A DNA stretch of 32,000 nucleotides from Geotalea uraniireducens Rf4 (GTDB lineage Bacteria > Desulfobacterota > Desulfuromonadia > Geobacterales > Geobacteraceae). Shown here piece by piece: positions 24,728-32,000 of this stretch (its first letter is position 1; every line of letters begins with the position of its first letter). The translations under genes and the position numbers were made by a program. The stretch is from NCBI RefSeq assembly GCF_000016745.1, contig NC_009483.1:2940001-2972000 (forward strand), given 5' to 3'. The notes below the pieces were generated by a model that was given only the letters and a program-made list of their open reading frames with translations, did not search any database and was not told where the DNA came from.

Positions 24728-25082
24728 GTCGAACCGCAAAGTCGCAAAGGGCGCCAAGAAAACTTAAAAAAAGCCAGCGTTGTCCGGTTTGGTTTTTGCT
24801 TACGTCCCGTAGGGACAGAATACTGGTAGCCGGGGAATTCATTCCCCGGTCATCCAGGCGAAATATCATCACGTCACGTACATGACGTGGGGAAATATAG
24901 CATCTCATCCGGGGGATGAATCCTCCGGGGGATGAATCCCCCGGCTACATTCGAACGCCCCTAATGGGGCTTAACAACCTTGATGCACAAACCAAACCGG
25001 ACAACGCTGAAAAAAAGCTATTTTTTAGTGCCTTAGACAAAAAGAAAGTAGTTTTCGATTTTACTTTGCGAACTTTGCGGTT
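24728..25082. repeat. Outer inverted repeat (CGCAAAG-type palindromic element) whose centre received the MITE
   Basis: The left arm GTCGAACCGCAAAGTCGCAAAG...GAAAACT (24728-24764) is the imperfect reverse complement of AGTTTTC...CTTTGCGAACTTTGCGGTT (25050-25082). A further CTTTGCGGTT copy lies at about 25098-25107. Confidence 0.55.
24775..25009. mobile_element. 235-bp MITE (non-autonomous IS4-family derivative) with a 9-bp target site duplication AAAAAAAGC
   Basis: Terminal inverted repeats CAGCGTTGTCCGGTTTGGTTT[T/G]TGC match at 24 of 25 positions. Perfect direct repeat AAAAAAAGC at 24766-24774 and 25010-25018. There is no coding capacity. The interior is rich in hairpins. Confidence 0.88.
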
Positions 25083-25161
25083 TAGGCTCTTTGGGGCCTT
25101 TGCGGTTCAAAGGTTCTGATTCTATTTATACGTATTTCTGGCAAGAACAAAAGAGGTCTGA

Positions 25162-25920
25162 ATGAACACCAAGGTAAAACTGGAAAATCTCAACGTCCAT
25201 TTCGGCAGCAACCACGCGGTCAAGGATGTCTCCATCGACTTCCCGGAAAACAGCGTCACCGCCATCATCGGCCCTTCGGGGTGCGGCAAATCGACGGTGC
25301 TCCGCTCCATCAACCGGATGCACGACCTGGCGCCTGCGGCACGGGTCACGGGCAAGATCATCCTTGACGACACCGACATCTACGACAAGGGGGTGGACCC
25401 GGTCTCCATCAGGAGAAGGGTCGGCATGGTCTTCCAGAAACCTAACCCCTTCCCGGCCATGTCGATTTATGATAACGTGATTGCCGGTTACAAGCTGAAC
25501 GGCAGGGTCAACCGGAGCGAGGCGGACGAGATCGTCGAGTCGTCTCTCAAACGGGTCGCCCTCTGGGACGAGGTGAAGGACCGGCTGAAGGCAAGCGCCA
25601 TGGAACTTTCCGGCGGCCAGCAGCAAAGGCTCTGCATCGCCAGGACCATTGCCGTAAGACCGGAGGTGATCCTCATGGACGAACCGGCTTCGGCTCTCGA
25701 CCCGCTCTCGACCCTGAAGATCGAGGAACTGATCGAGGAACTGAAGGAGAAGTACACCATCATCATCGTCACCCACAACATGCAGCAGGCCGCCCGCGTC
25801 TCCGACTTCACCGCCTTTTTCTACCTGGGAGAGCTGATCGAATGCGGCGAAACGAGGAAGGTCTTCACCACCCCGGACAAGAAACAGACCGAGGATTACA
25901 TCACCGGCCGATTTGGGTAA
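25162..25920 (+). CDS. pstB: Phosphate ABC transporter ATP-binding protein PstB
   Basis: Walker [10 protein letters not shown], signature [13 protein letters not shown], Walker [12 protein letters not shown] and the typical PstB C-terminus [10 protein letters not shown]. Confidence 0.95.
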   Translation: MNTKVKLENLNVHFGSNHAVKDVSIDFPENSVTAIIGPSGCGKSTVLRSINRMHDLAPAARVTGKIILDDTDIYDKGVDPVSIRRRVGMVFQKPNPFPAMSIYDNVIAGYKLNGRVNRSEADEIVESSLKRVALWDEVKDRLKASAMELSGGQQQRLCIARTIAVRPEVILMDEPASALDPLSTLKIEELIEELKEKYTIIIVTHNMQQAARVSDFTAFFYLGELIECGETRKVFTTPDKKQTEDYITGRFG

Positions 25921-25926
25921 GAACCG

Positions 25927-25954
25927 GTTCGACGTTCGACGTTCGACGTTCGAC
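25927..25954. repeat. (GTTCGAC)4 heptanucleotide tandem array
   Basis: Four perfect copies plus a partial GTT, starting 7 nt after the pstB stop codon. Confidence 0.97.
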
Positions 25955-25973
25955 GTTGAAAAACCTTAAACCT

Positions 25974-26071
25974 GAAACTTCGAACTTAGAACTTCGAACT
26001 TAGAACTTAGAACTTAGAACTTCGAACTTCGAACTTCGAACTTAGAACTTCGAACTTCGAACTTCGAACTT
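25974..26071. repeat. ([C/A]GAACTT) heptanucleotide tandem array: 13 exact units plus one degenerate leading unit
   Basis: Units start every 7 nt from 25981 to 26065. The first base follows the pattern C A C A A A C C C A C C C. The array ends 17 nt before the phoU ATG. The unit is the reverse complement of GTTCGAA, so it is inverted relative to the upstream GTTCGAC array. Confidence 0.97.
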
Positions 26072-26087
26072 AAAACATGAGGTTACC

Positions 26088-26759
26088 ATGGAAAGAGAAC
26101 ATTTCAGCAAAGTATTCGACGAGGAACTGAACACCATCCGCGAGAAGCTCCTCGAAATGGGGGGGAAGGTGGAGGTGATGATCGCCAACTCGATGAAATC
26201 CCTCGTGGAGCGGGACTCCGAGCTGGCCGAACGAACCATTGCCTTTGACCACGAGATCAACCACCTGGAGATGGAGATCGACGAGAGATGCCTGGAAGTG
26301 CTGGCGCGCCGCCAGCCGGCAGCCCGCGACCTGCGTTTCATCACCCTGGCGCTCAAGATCGTCACCGACCTGGAGCGGATCGGCGACCAGTGTACTGGCA
26401 TTGCCAAAAGGGCCAAGGAGCTGAACATGGAGCCGCCGCTCAAACCTTACATCGACCTCCCCCGCATGGCCGACTGGGCTTCGATGATGGTCAAGGAAGC
26501 GCTCGACGCCTTCGTCCGCGGCGACGACACCCTGGCGATCAAGGTCTGCAAGGACGACCAGTTCGTGGACGAGCTGAACGAGCAGATCCAGCGGGAACTC
26601 CTCACCTTCATGATGGGGGACCCGTCCACCATCAGCCGCGCCATCAAGGTCAACTACATCTCCAAGTGCCTGGAGCGGATCGCGGACCACGCCACCAACG
26701 TGGCAGAAATGGTCATCTTCATGGTCAAGGGGAAGGACATCCGCCATACCATCGCCTGA
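26088..26759 (+). CDS. phoU: Phosphate signalling complex protein PhoU
   Basis: Two PhoU repeats with D...E..C motifs (EIDERCLEVLARRQP..DLR; ERIGD and ERIADHATNVAE). It is the last gene of the pst operon. Confidence 0.93.
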   Translation: MEREHFSKVFDEELNTIREKLLEMGGKVEVMIANSMKSLVERDSELAERTIAFDHEINHLEMEIDERCLEVLARRQPAARDLRFITLALKIVTDLERIGDQCTGIAKRAKELNMEPPLKPYIDLPRMADWASMMVKEALDAFVRGDDTLAIKVCKDDQFVDELNEQIQRELLTFMMGDPSTISRAIKVNYISKCLERIADHATNVAEMVIFMVKGKDIRHTIA

Positions 26760-26783
26760 TCTGCAAGCGGGTTGATCGCAAAG

Positions 26784-26812
26784 GGGCGCAGCGGCTGTTG
26801 CGCCCTTTTTTT
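26784..26812 (+). terminator. Rho-independent terminator of the pst-phoU operon
   Basis: GGGCGCA / TGCGCCC stem with an 8-nt loop, followed by seven T residues (26806-26812). Confidence 0.75.
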
Positions 26813-27045
26813 GGAAGAACATTCTCCCGACGGAGGAAGAAGCACCCTCTCGTATATTGGTTTCTTGAACAACGGATATCCCTTCCACTGAATATCAGTT
26901 GGGTCAGATGCCGCCGGCAAAGGTTCTCAGTTCAACGCAAAGCCATTGTTCCAAATCGGCAATGTCATACACGAAATGCTTCCATGCGGGTCATTGCACC
27001 CAACGACACAATTGTTACATTTATGTAAATTATGACAGTCAAACC

Positions 27046-28380
27046 CAGTAACTTCCGGTTAGGTTTTTGCACGACGTTTCTTACGTTTCAACTGTCTAAT
27101 TTTGTTTGAGTTACCTTGTATTCTTGTGCGACGGCTCTGCTGTTCGGCTGCTGCTTCATTTGCAATCTGATTGCGTAATTCTCGTACCCTGCTAATGCTG
27201 ACTGGCTCCTGGTGCTGCTCACGGCAATAGATGGCTAGCAGCAGATAGGTGATGAGACCACCAAGTATTTGAACCATGAGACCATATTCGCTTCTGGCAA
27301 TCAGGTGATACACCTTTAGGTGGCGTTTCCACCAACCGAAGAAGGTCTCTATGTTCCAGCGCAGTTTATAAACCTGGGCCACTTCTTCAGCCGTCAGGTC
27401 GTATCTGTTGGTTGCTACCCAGTAGTCCTTGCCGTCAATACGGTAACCAACAAGGCGCAGCTCTTTCTCAGTCTGGTTTATACCTTTGGTGCCGAGAAGT
27501 ACTATCTGGTCATAGAAGACAATACTGTCAGGATTTACGGCATTCTCTCTGATGACGGTTTTGTGTGTATTCTCCCTGATACGGCAGACAAAAAACTTCT
27601 CGGCGGCCTGCCACTGGTCAAAGTGATTATGAGACTGATACCCACGATCCATGACACCGGTTTCGCCTTTGTCGATGATCTTATCAACAAAGGGGCGCTC
27701 ACCCTCTTTACCGTCGGTCAGGAATATCTTCCTTGGAATACCACGGTTGATATCGAAGCCGATATGGGCCTTGGCCTTCTTAGAGCCGCTTCGGTAATCT
27801 GCCCATTCCATAGATAGAACAGCATCTATCAAAGAACCGTCTATGGATACCAGATTGCCAAGGTGAGCATATTCATCGGGAAGCACTCTGCCTGCTTGCT
27901 TGACAAGATGCCCGAATACCTCGGAAAGCTGTTCAAGACCACGGTTGTTGATTGCCTCAAAGAAAGAGCTCTTTTTGATTCCCTTGGGGGGAGCAACACA
28001 TTCCTTGGCGAAGTCATCCTGATCCAGCGCCTGGAGAAGTTCGCTCCCGGAAGAGAACTCTTCCAAGTGATAAAAGATCAGGGCTTTTAGCTGATCATCG
28101 AAAGTCATTTGCAACGGGCGATACCCCCTGGATTCAAGTTCATTATCTGACTTGAATCTCTCAAAAATCGGGGTAAGAAGCAATTTGAAAGCGCGTGATT
28201 TTCGTCTTTGTTTCAGTCGTTTGAACGGTCGCATATCGTAACTCCTGTAATATTGGATAGTTACGAGTGCGGACCACCGTTTTTTTACTCAAAGTCAAGC
28301 AAATAATGCGGTATAACGCTGATTTTACAACTTTTTTACATTCTCAAAGAACCTTGCAAAGACCAAACCGGACAATGCTG
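27046..28380 (-). mobile_element. IS4-family insertion sequence (about 1335 bp) with a 9-10 bp target site duplication AGTCAAACC(C)
   Basis: Direct repeat AGTCAAACCC at 27037-27046 and 28381-28390. Terminal inverted repeats CAG....TCCGGTT.GGT.TTTGCA match at 20 of 26 positions. It holds a single DDE transposase gene whose stop codon lies in the left repeat. Confidence 0.85.
27059..28234 (-). CDS. IS4-family DDE transposase, 391 aa
   Basis: The Y(2)R(3)E(6)K signature of IS4-family transposases is present in YKLRWNIETFFGWWK. Upstream D-containing motifs are VSIDGS and GVMDRGY. Confidence 0.92.
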   Translation of the reverse strand: MRPFKRLKQRRKSRAFKLLLTPIFERFKSDNELESRGYRPLQMTFDDQLKALIFYHLEEFSSGSELLQALDQDDFAKECVAPPKGIKKSSFFEAINNRGLEQLSEVFGHLVKQAGRVLPDEYAHLGNLVSIDGSLIDAVLSMEWADYRSGSKKAKAHIGFDINRGIPRKIFLTDGKEGERPFVDKIIDKGETGVMDRGYQSHNHFDQWQAAEKFFVCRIRENTHKTVIRENAVNPDSIVFYDQIVLLGTKGINQTEKELRLVGYRIDGKDYWVATNRYDLTAEEVAQVYKLRWNIETFFGWWKRHLKVYHLIARSEYGLMVQILGGLITYLLLAIYCREQHQEPVSISRVRELRNQIANEAAAEQQSRRTRIQGNSNKIRQLKRKKRRAKT

Positions 28381-28497
28381 AGTCAAACCCGGTTTTTCGA
28401 TACTTTTGGTTGTATTGCATGCGCTCTTCATTATAATTAGTAGAATACAGTATGAACTGCTTATTTATTCATAGTTGATGAAACAGGGACCAACTCC

Positions 28498-29001
28498 ATG
28501 AAACTCATTATTGTTCGGCATGCTGCGGCAATTGAAAAAACTTCGAGCGTTGCTGAGGAATACAGATATCTGCCCCCCGAAGGAAGGGAATTTTTTCGTA
28601 AGACAGCTCGAACTATGTCGAAAAAGGGGGTTAATCCGAGTCTGATCCTTACCAGTCCTTTGCTCAGGGCGGTGCAGACTGCGGATATCCTGGCAGAAAC
28701 CATATCGTACATCGGGCCGCTCGTGGTGGCTGACGAACTGATGCCGGGATTTGACAAAACAGCCCTGCAGAGCCTTCTCAATACCTTTCAGCCGCTGAAA
28801 GAGCTGGTGATCGTGGGACATGAACCGGACCTGAGCCTCCTCATCGCTTCGTTTCTGTCCCTGCCTGGTGGATTCAACTTCAGAAAGGGGGCCGCGGTCA
28901 AGCTGAGCATCGATACGGCGGCCCTTAACGCACCGGCAGCTTTTAAATGGCTTGCTGTCGGCAAAAAACTGATAACTGATGAAATAGATGCTTTCGTATA
29001 G
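28498..29001 (+). CDS. sixA: SixA-type phosphohistidine phosphatase
   Basis: MKLIIVRHA (RH[GA] catalytic motif), SPLLRAVQTA and VGHEPDLS, with a size of about 165 aa, match the SixA branch of the histidine phosphatase superfamily. Confidence 0.8.
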   Translation: MKLIIVRHAAAIEKTSSVAEEYRYLPPEGREFFRKTARTMSKKGVNPSLILTSPLLRAVQTADILAETISYIGPLVVADELMPGFDKTALQSLLNTFQPLKELVIVGHEPDLSLLIASFLSLPGGFNFRKGAAVKLSIDTAALNAPAAFKWLAVGKKLITDEIDAFV

Positions 29002-29034
29002 TAGTCACACATTGGGCACATGTAAGGAGTTGTT

Positions 29035-29559
29035 ATGAAACAAGCGATGAAAGAGCTGCAAAAACTGAAAGGGGTGGGAAATATTCTCGCCCAGCGTTTT
29101 ATCGAGGCCGGTTACGACACATTCGCAAAGATTGCTGCTGCCGGTGAAGAAGGACTGCGAAATATCCAGGGATTAAATCCGCGGATGGTTCCGTCGATCT
29201 TGACCCAGGCCGTTGAGCTGGCCGGTGAAGCGGGGAAAACGCGAGCTGAAAAGGTGGAGGAATTGAAGCTTAAAGCCGCTTCCATGAAGGAACAGGTTCA
29301 GGATATAGCCCTGAGTGTGCGTAATCGTTTCAAGGAGGAGGCTACCGGCAAAACGGGTAAAAAGGTGGAAAAGGAAATACTGAAGGTCATTTCCTCTCTG
29401 GAGAAGGTGGAAAGCAAGTTGGAGACCAAGGTGAAGAAAACCGGAAAAGTGCTGGTAAAGGCCGAGAAGCGACTTGCCGGCCTTACGGAAACAGGGCTCA
29501 AAGGGGTTGGGAAAGGGCTGAAAAAGGCCAGAAAATCACTTGAGAGGGTATTTGCCTAA
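29035..29559 (+). CDS. Helix-hairpin-helix domain protein with a Lys-rich coiled-coil tail
   Basis: AAGGAG Shine-Dalgarno. LKGVGNILAQRFIEAGYDTFAKIAAA is an HhH motif. The C-terminal 100 aa are K/E-rich and amphipathic. Confidence 0.6.
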   Translation: MKQAMKELQKLKGVGNILAQRFIEAGYDTFAKIAAAGEEGLRNIQGLNPRMVPSILTQAVELAGEAGKTRAEKVEELKLKAASMKEQVQDIALSVRNRFKEEATGKTGKKVEKEILKVISSLEKVESKLETKVKKTGKVLVKAEKRLAGLTETGLKGVGKGLKKARKSLERVFA

Positions 29560-30246
29560 ATGAAAACCAGTCTTACAACGGAGCTTCCCGGCAAGCTGAT
29601 CGCAGTCGAAGGACTCGACGGCTCCGGCAAATCTACACAGCTATACCTGTTGAAACGTTGGCTCGAACTGCGGGGATTAAAGGTTTACTTCACCGAATGG
29701 AACTCTTCTGTAATCGTCAAGAAGGCGACCTCAAAAGGGAAAAAACGGCAACTCCTTACACCGACCACCTTCAGCCTCATCCACAGTGCGGATTTAGCCG
29801 ATCGTTACGAACGGCAGATCCTTCCCCTGCTCAAGGCAGGCTATCTGGTTCTCTGTGATCGCTATGTTTATACCGCCTTTGCCCGGGATGCCGTGCGGGG
29901 CTGTTCCCGCACCTGGCTGCGCAACCTGTATGGATTCGCCCGCCACCCGGACCTGACCCTGTTCTTCGATACCCCCCTTTCGGTGGCGCTCTCGCGCATA
30001 CTTTCCGGCCGGCCGCAGTTGAAATACCATGAGGCGGGGATGGACCTGGGCCTTGCCAATGATCCGTACCAGAGTTTCCGGCTCTTCCAGGAGCGCATAT
30101 ACAACGAGTATCTCGGCATGAGGGATGAATTTTCTTTCGTGACAATCGACGGCTCGGTATCCATCGAAGAACAGCAGATCAAGGTTCGGGAAATCGTCGG
30201 CCAGAGTTTCGACCTTCCCATTTATCGCTGGAAAACCGTAAAGTGA
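29560..30246 (+). CDS. Thymidylate-kinase-like P-loop kinase, paralogue 1
   Basis: IAVEGLDGSGKSTQ P-loop and a CDRYVYTAF (DRY) motif. It shares YHEAGMDLGL with the next gene. The ATG abuts the upstream stop (TAAATG). Confidence 0.8.
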   Translation: MKTSLTTELPGKLIAVEGLDGSGKSTQLYLLKRWLELRGLKVYFTEWNSSVIVKKATSKGKKRQLLTPTTFSLIHSADLADRYERQILPLLKAGYLVLCDRYVYTAFARDAVRGCSRTWLRNLYGFARHPDLTLFFDTPLSVALSRILSGRPQLKYHEAGMDLGLANDPYQSFRLFQERIYNEYLGMRDEFSFVTIDGSVSIEEQQIKVREIVGQSFDLPIYRWKTVK

Positions 30247-30295
30247 GACAAATAAACGGCAGAGTTTTTTAGCGCTGCCGTGCAAGAGGAATCGG

Positions 30296-30979
30296 ATGAG
30301 ATTTTATGGAGAAGGGCTTCCCGGTGTAGACCCGGGGAATCTTGCAGGGAAGTTGATCGTCATCGAAGGGGCGGATGGCTCGGGTAGATCGACGCAAATG
30401 GAGTTGCTCAAGGATTATCTGGAAGGGAAAGGGCACGCTACGGTAAACGTGGGGTTGCTCCGCTCCACTCTTGTCTCGGAAGAACTGAACGAGGCGAAAC
30501 AGGGGAACGTGCTCGGCGAGATAACCAGGAGCCTTTTCTATGCCACGGATTTTGCCGACCAGCTTGAAAACCGCATCATTCCCGCGATGAAAGCCGGCTT
30601 TATTGTCCTCGCCGACCGCTACATCTATACGCTGATGGCTCGTGACATCGTCCGTGGAGCTGACCGCGACTGGGTACGCGCGCTCTACGGCATAGCCGTA
30701 GTACCGGATCTGGTCATATACCTGCGGGTGAGTCCGGCACAACTGGTCGAACGAAACTTCCGCAAGAATTCCACCCTCGATTACTGGGAAGCGGGGATGG
30801 ACCTGGGACTTTCCCGCGACATCTTCGACAGCTTCATGCGCTACCAGAAGCTCATTCAGAAGGAATTCAGCCTGTTGCAGCAGGAGTACGGCTTTCACGT
30901 GGTAAACGGCAACCGGTCGATCAGGTCCGCATCCGGGGAAATAACCGCCCGCGTCGAAGATTTACTGGGGATCAAATGA
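30296..30979 (+). CDS. Thymidylate-kinase-like P-loop kinase, paralogue 2
   Basis: IVIEGADGSGRSTQ P-loop, ADRYIYTLMA and YWEAGMDLGL. It is collinear with paralogue 1 along its whole length. Confidence 0.8.
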   Translation: MRFYGEGLPGVDPGNLAGKLIVIEGADGSGRSTQMELLKDYLEGKGHATVNVGLLRSTLVSEELNEAKQGNVLGEITRSLFYATDFADQLENRIIPAMKAGFIVLADRYIYTLMARDIVRGADRDWVRALYGIAVVPDLVIYLRVSPAQLVERNFRKNSTLDYWEAGMDLGLSRDIFDSFMRYQKLIQKEFSLLQQEYGFHVVNGNRSIRSASGEITARVEDLLGIK

Positions 30980-31326
30980 CCATGACCGGCATCAAGCGCG
31001 GAGCAAAAAAAAGTACGAAAAGTGAAGACATGCGCGAGGATTTTATCCGGGAGCTGAAACACCTCCGCACCCTGGTGCGCGAAGTCGGTGAGCAGTTTAT
31101 TCTGCGGCGGGAAGGTGAGGTGGAGACCATCATCAGCCATCTGGAGGGGGTCCCGCCGAAGATATTAAGGGATCAAGCATCCGACTGGCTGCACGAGATA
31201 AAGACCCTCAAGCTGAAACCTGCCAAGGGGCGGATAAAAGACCTGAAAGGGATTGACGCATTGATCGAAGACTTGACGGATCAGATTATCAGCGCCCAGG
31301 ACGGGCACAAGCGTTCGGGCGGGTGA
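30976..31326 (+). CDS. Hypothetical protein (116 aa), start overlaps the upstream stop
   Basis: The ATG overlaps the stop of the preceding gene (ATGA at 30976-30979). The protein is charged and predicted helical. No family recognised. Confidence 0.5.
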   Translation: MTMTGIKRGAKKSTKSEDMREDFIRELKHLRTLVREVGEQFILRREGEVETIISHLEGVPPKILRDQASDWLHEIKTLKLKPAKGRIKDLKGIDALIEDLTDQIISAQDGHKRSGG

Positions 31327-31338
31327 CGGAAAGGCGCC

Positions 31339-32000
31339 ATGATGCAAGTGGAGGGAACTACACCTTTGTGGATTGCAGCCAGAGTTCTCCTCTATGAACG
31401 GGTCGATGACTTTTTCCGGCGCAGGGATAACGTGTTCAAAGCTTTTGACCCTGAGGATATCCATGACTTGCGGGTCTCCTCACGCCGTCTCCGGGAAGGT
31501 CTGACACTCTTTGCGCCGTGCTATGAACCCAAGAATATCACCCGTCTTATTAAGACTGTAAAGAGGGTAACCCGATTACTGGGAGAAATGCGCAATACCG
31601 ATGAGGCGTTGCTTTTCTTCAATGCGTTGACGGATGACGTCGATAGTATCTGTCGAAGCGATTTGGAACGATTACAGCTAATCTTCCAGAAGAACAGGAC
31701 CAAAGCGCTCAAACGACTCAAGCCCGGTTTGCGCGAAAAAGCGCCGAAGCCCTTGCGTGATTTGTATTTGCGGATAATCAACGCCCCATCCATATTCAAT
31801 CCTTCGAGCAATGACATCGACCTTTTCACCCCCCTGTCGGACTTTGCCCGGAGATCTTTCGACGTCAAAATTGCTGCCGTAACAAACCTGGTGTCCCTGG
31901 CGCGACAGGAACAAGAAATCGAGGCCCAGCACCGGTTAAGGATCGCGGTCAAACATTTCCGTTACCGGATGGAAATCCTCTCCCACCTGCTGGGAGCCGA
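31339..32000 (+). CDS. CHAD domain protein, 3'-truncated by the window edge
   Basis: Not in the ORF track because it has no stop within the window. My hand translation from the ATG at 31339 is open to 32000. It contains IHDLRVSSRRLREGLTLF and HRLRIAVKHFRYRMEIL, the repeated CHAD helix motifs. Confidence 0.8.
   Translation, partial: MMQVEGTTPLWIAARVLLYERVDDFFRRRDNVFKAFDPEDIHDLRVSSRRLREGLTLFAPCYEPKNITRLIKTVKRVTRLLGEMRNTDEALLFFNALTDDVDSICRSDLERLQLIFQKNRTKALKRLKPGLREKAPKPLRDLYLRIINAPSIFNPSSNDIDLFTPLSDFARRSFDVKIAAVTNLVSLARQEQEIEAQHRLRIAVKHFRYRMEILSHLLGA

Noticed and set aside
24945-24965. The 9-nt match ATTCGAACG between the MITE interior and the T-arm region of tRNA-Arg (16556-16564), considered as evidence of a tRNA-derived element or att site
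   Set aside because: The match is too short and does not extend on either side. It is most likely chance.
24204-25119. ORFs 24204-24908 (minus), 24535-24747 (minus) and 24916-25119 (plus) spanning the pstA 3' end and the MITE
   Set aside because: They cross the MITE and palindromic-repeat boundaries and the pstA coding region. Their sequence is explained by pstA and the repeat elements.
25921-26087. Possible CRISPR array, suggested by the dense short repeats between pstB and phoU
   Set aside because: The units are 7 nt and directly abutting, with no spacers and no cas genes. This is a tandem microsatellite, not a CRISPR array.
29794-31952. Antisense ORFs 29794-30285, 29831-30145, 29868-30221, 30269-30898, 30895-31140, 31165-31464 and 31521-31952
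   Set aside because: They lie opposite the Tmk-like, small-protein and CHAD genes, which have clear motifs and coupled starts. They are shadow ORFs.

Overview
All calls rest on motif recognition by eye; no searches were run. This is a GC-rich bacterial chromosomal segment. Gene content and repeat style look Geobacter/Desulfuromonadales-like, but that is a guess.

Left half (3-16465): a type I secretion (T1SS) locus in an unusual order.
- The 3' part of an HlyB-type ABC exporter.
- An AT-rich three-gene insert: exported protein, small radical SAM enzyme, exported protein.
- A 3598-aa RTX/cadherin-like substrate. Its AT-rich NlpC/P60-like N-terminal head joins the GC-rich body through a perfect (CCTGGT)31 Gly-Pro microsatellite.
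- A GT-B glycosyltransferase, then an HlyD adaptor whose start overlaps the glycosyltransferase stop.

Middle: tRNA-Arg(CCT), an AT-rich gene-poor stretch, and a membrane-anchored alpha/beta hydrolase. An IS256-family element follows; its 8-bp target duplication shows it split a small exported-protein gene five codons after the start.

Right half: a Pho regulon (phoB, a truncated phoR-like remnant, pstS-pstC-pstA-pstB-phoU) containing several repeats.
- A 235-bp MITE with a 9-bp target duplication sits in the pstA-pstB spacer. It shares termini with a complete IS4-family element 2 kb downstream.
- Inverted heptanucleotide arrays lie between pstB and phoU.

The window ends with a co-directional cluster: sixA, an HhH/Lys-rich protein, two paralogous thymidylate-kinase-like proteins, a small protein and a CHAD protein.

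Best candidates for an undescribed system:
1. The T1SS locus with its embedded radical SAM enzyme, glycosyltransferase and chimeric peptidoglycan-hydrolase-headed giant substrate.
2. The dual Tmk-like/CHAD cluster next to the Pho regulon.
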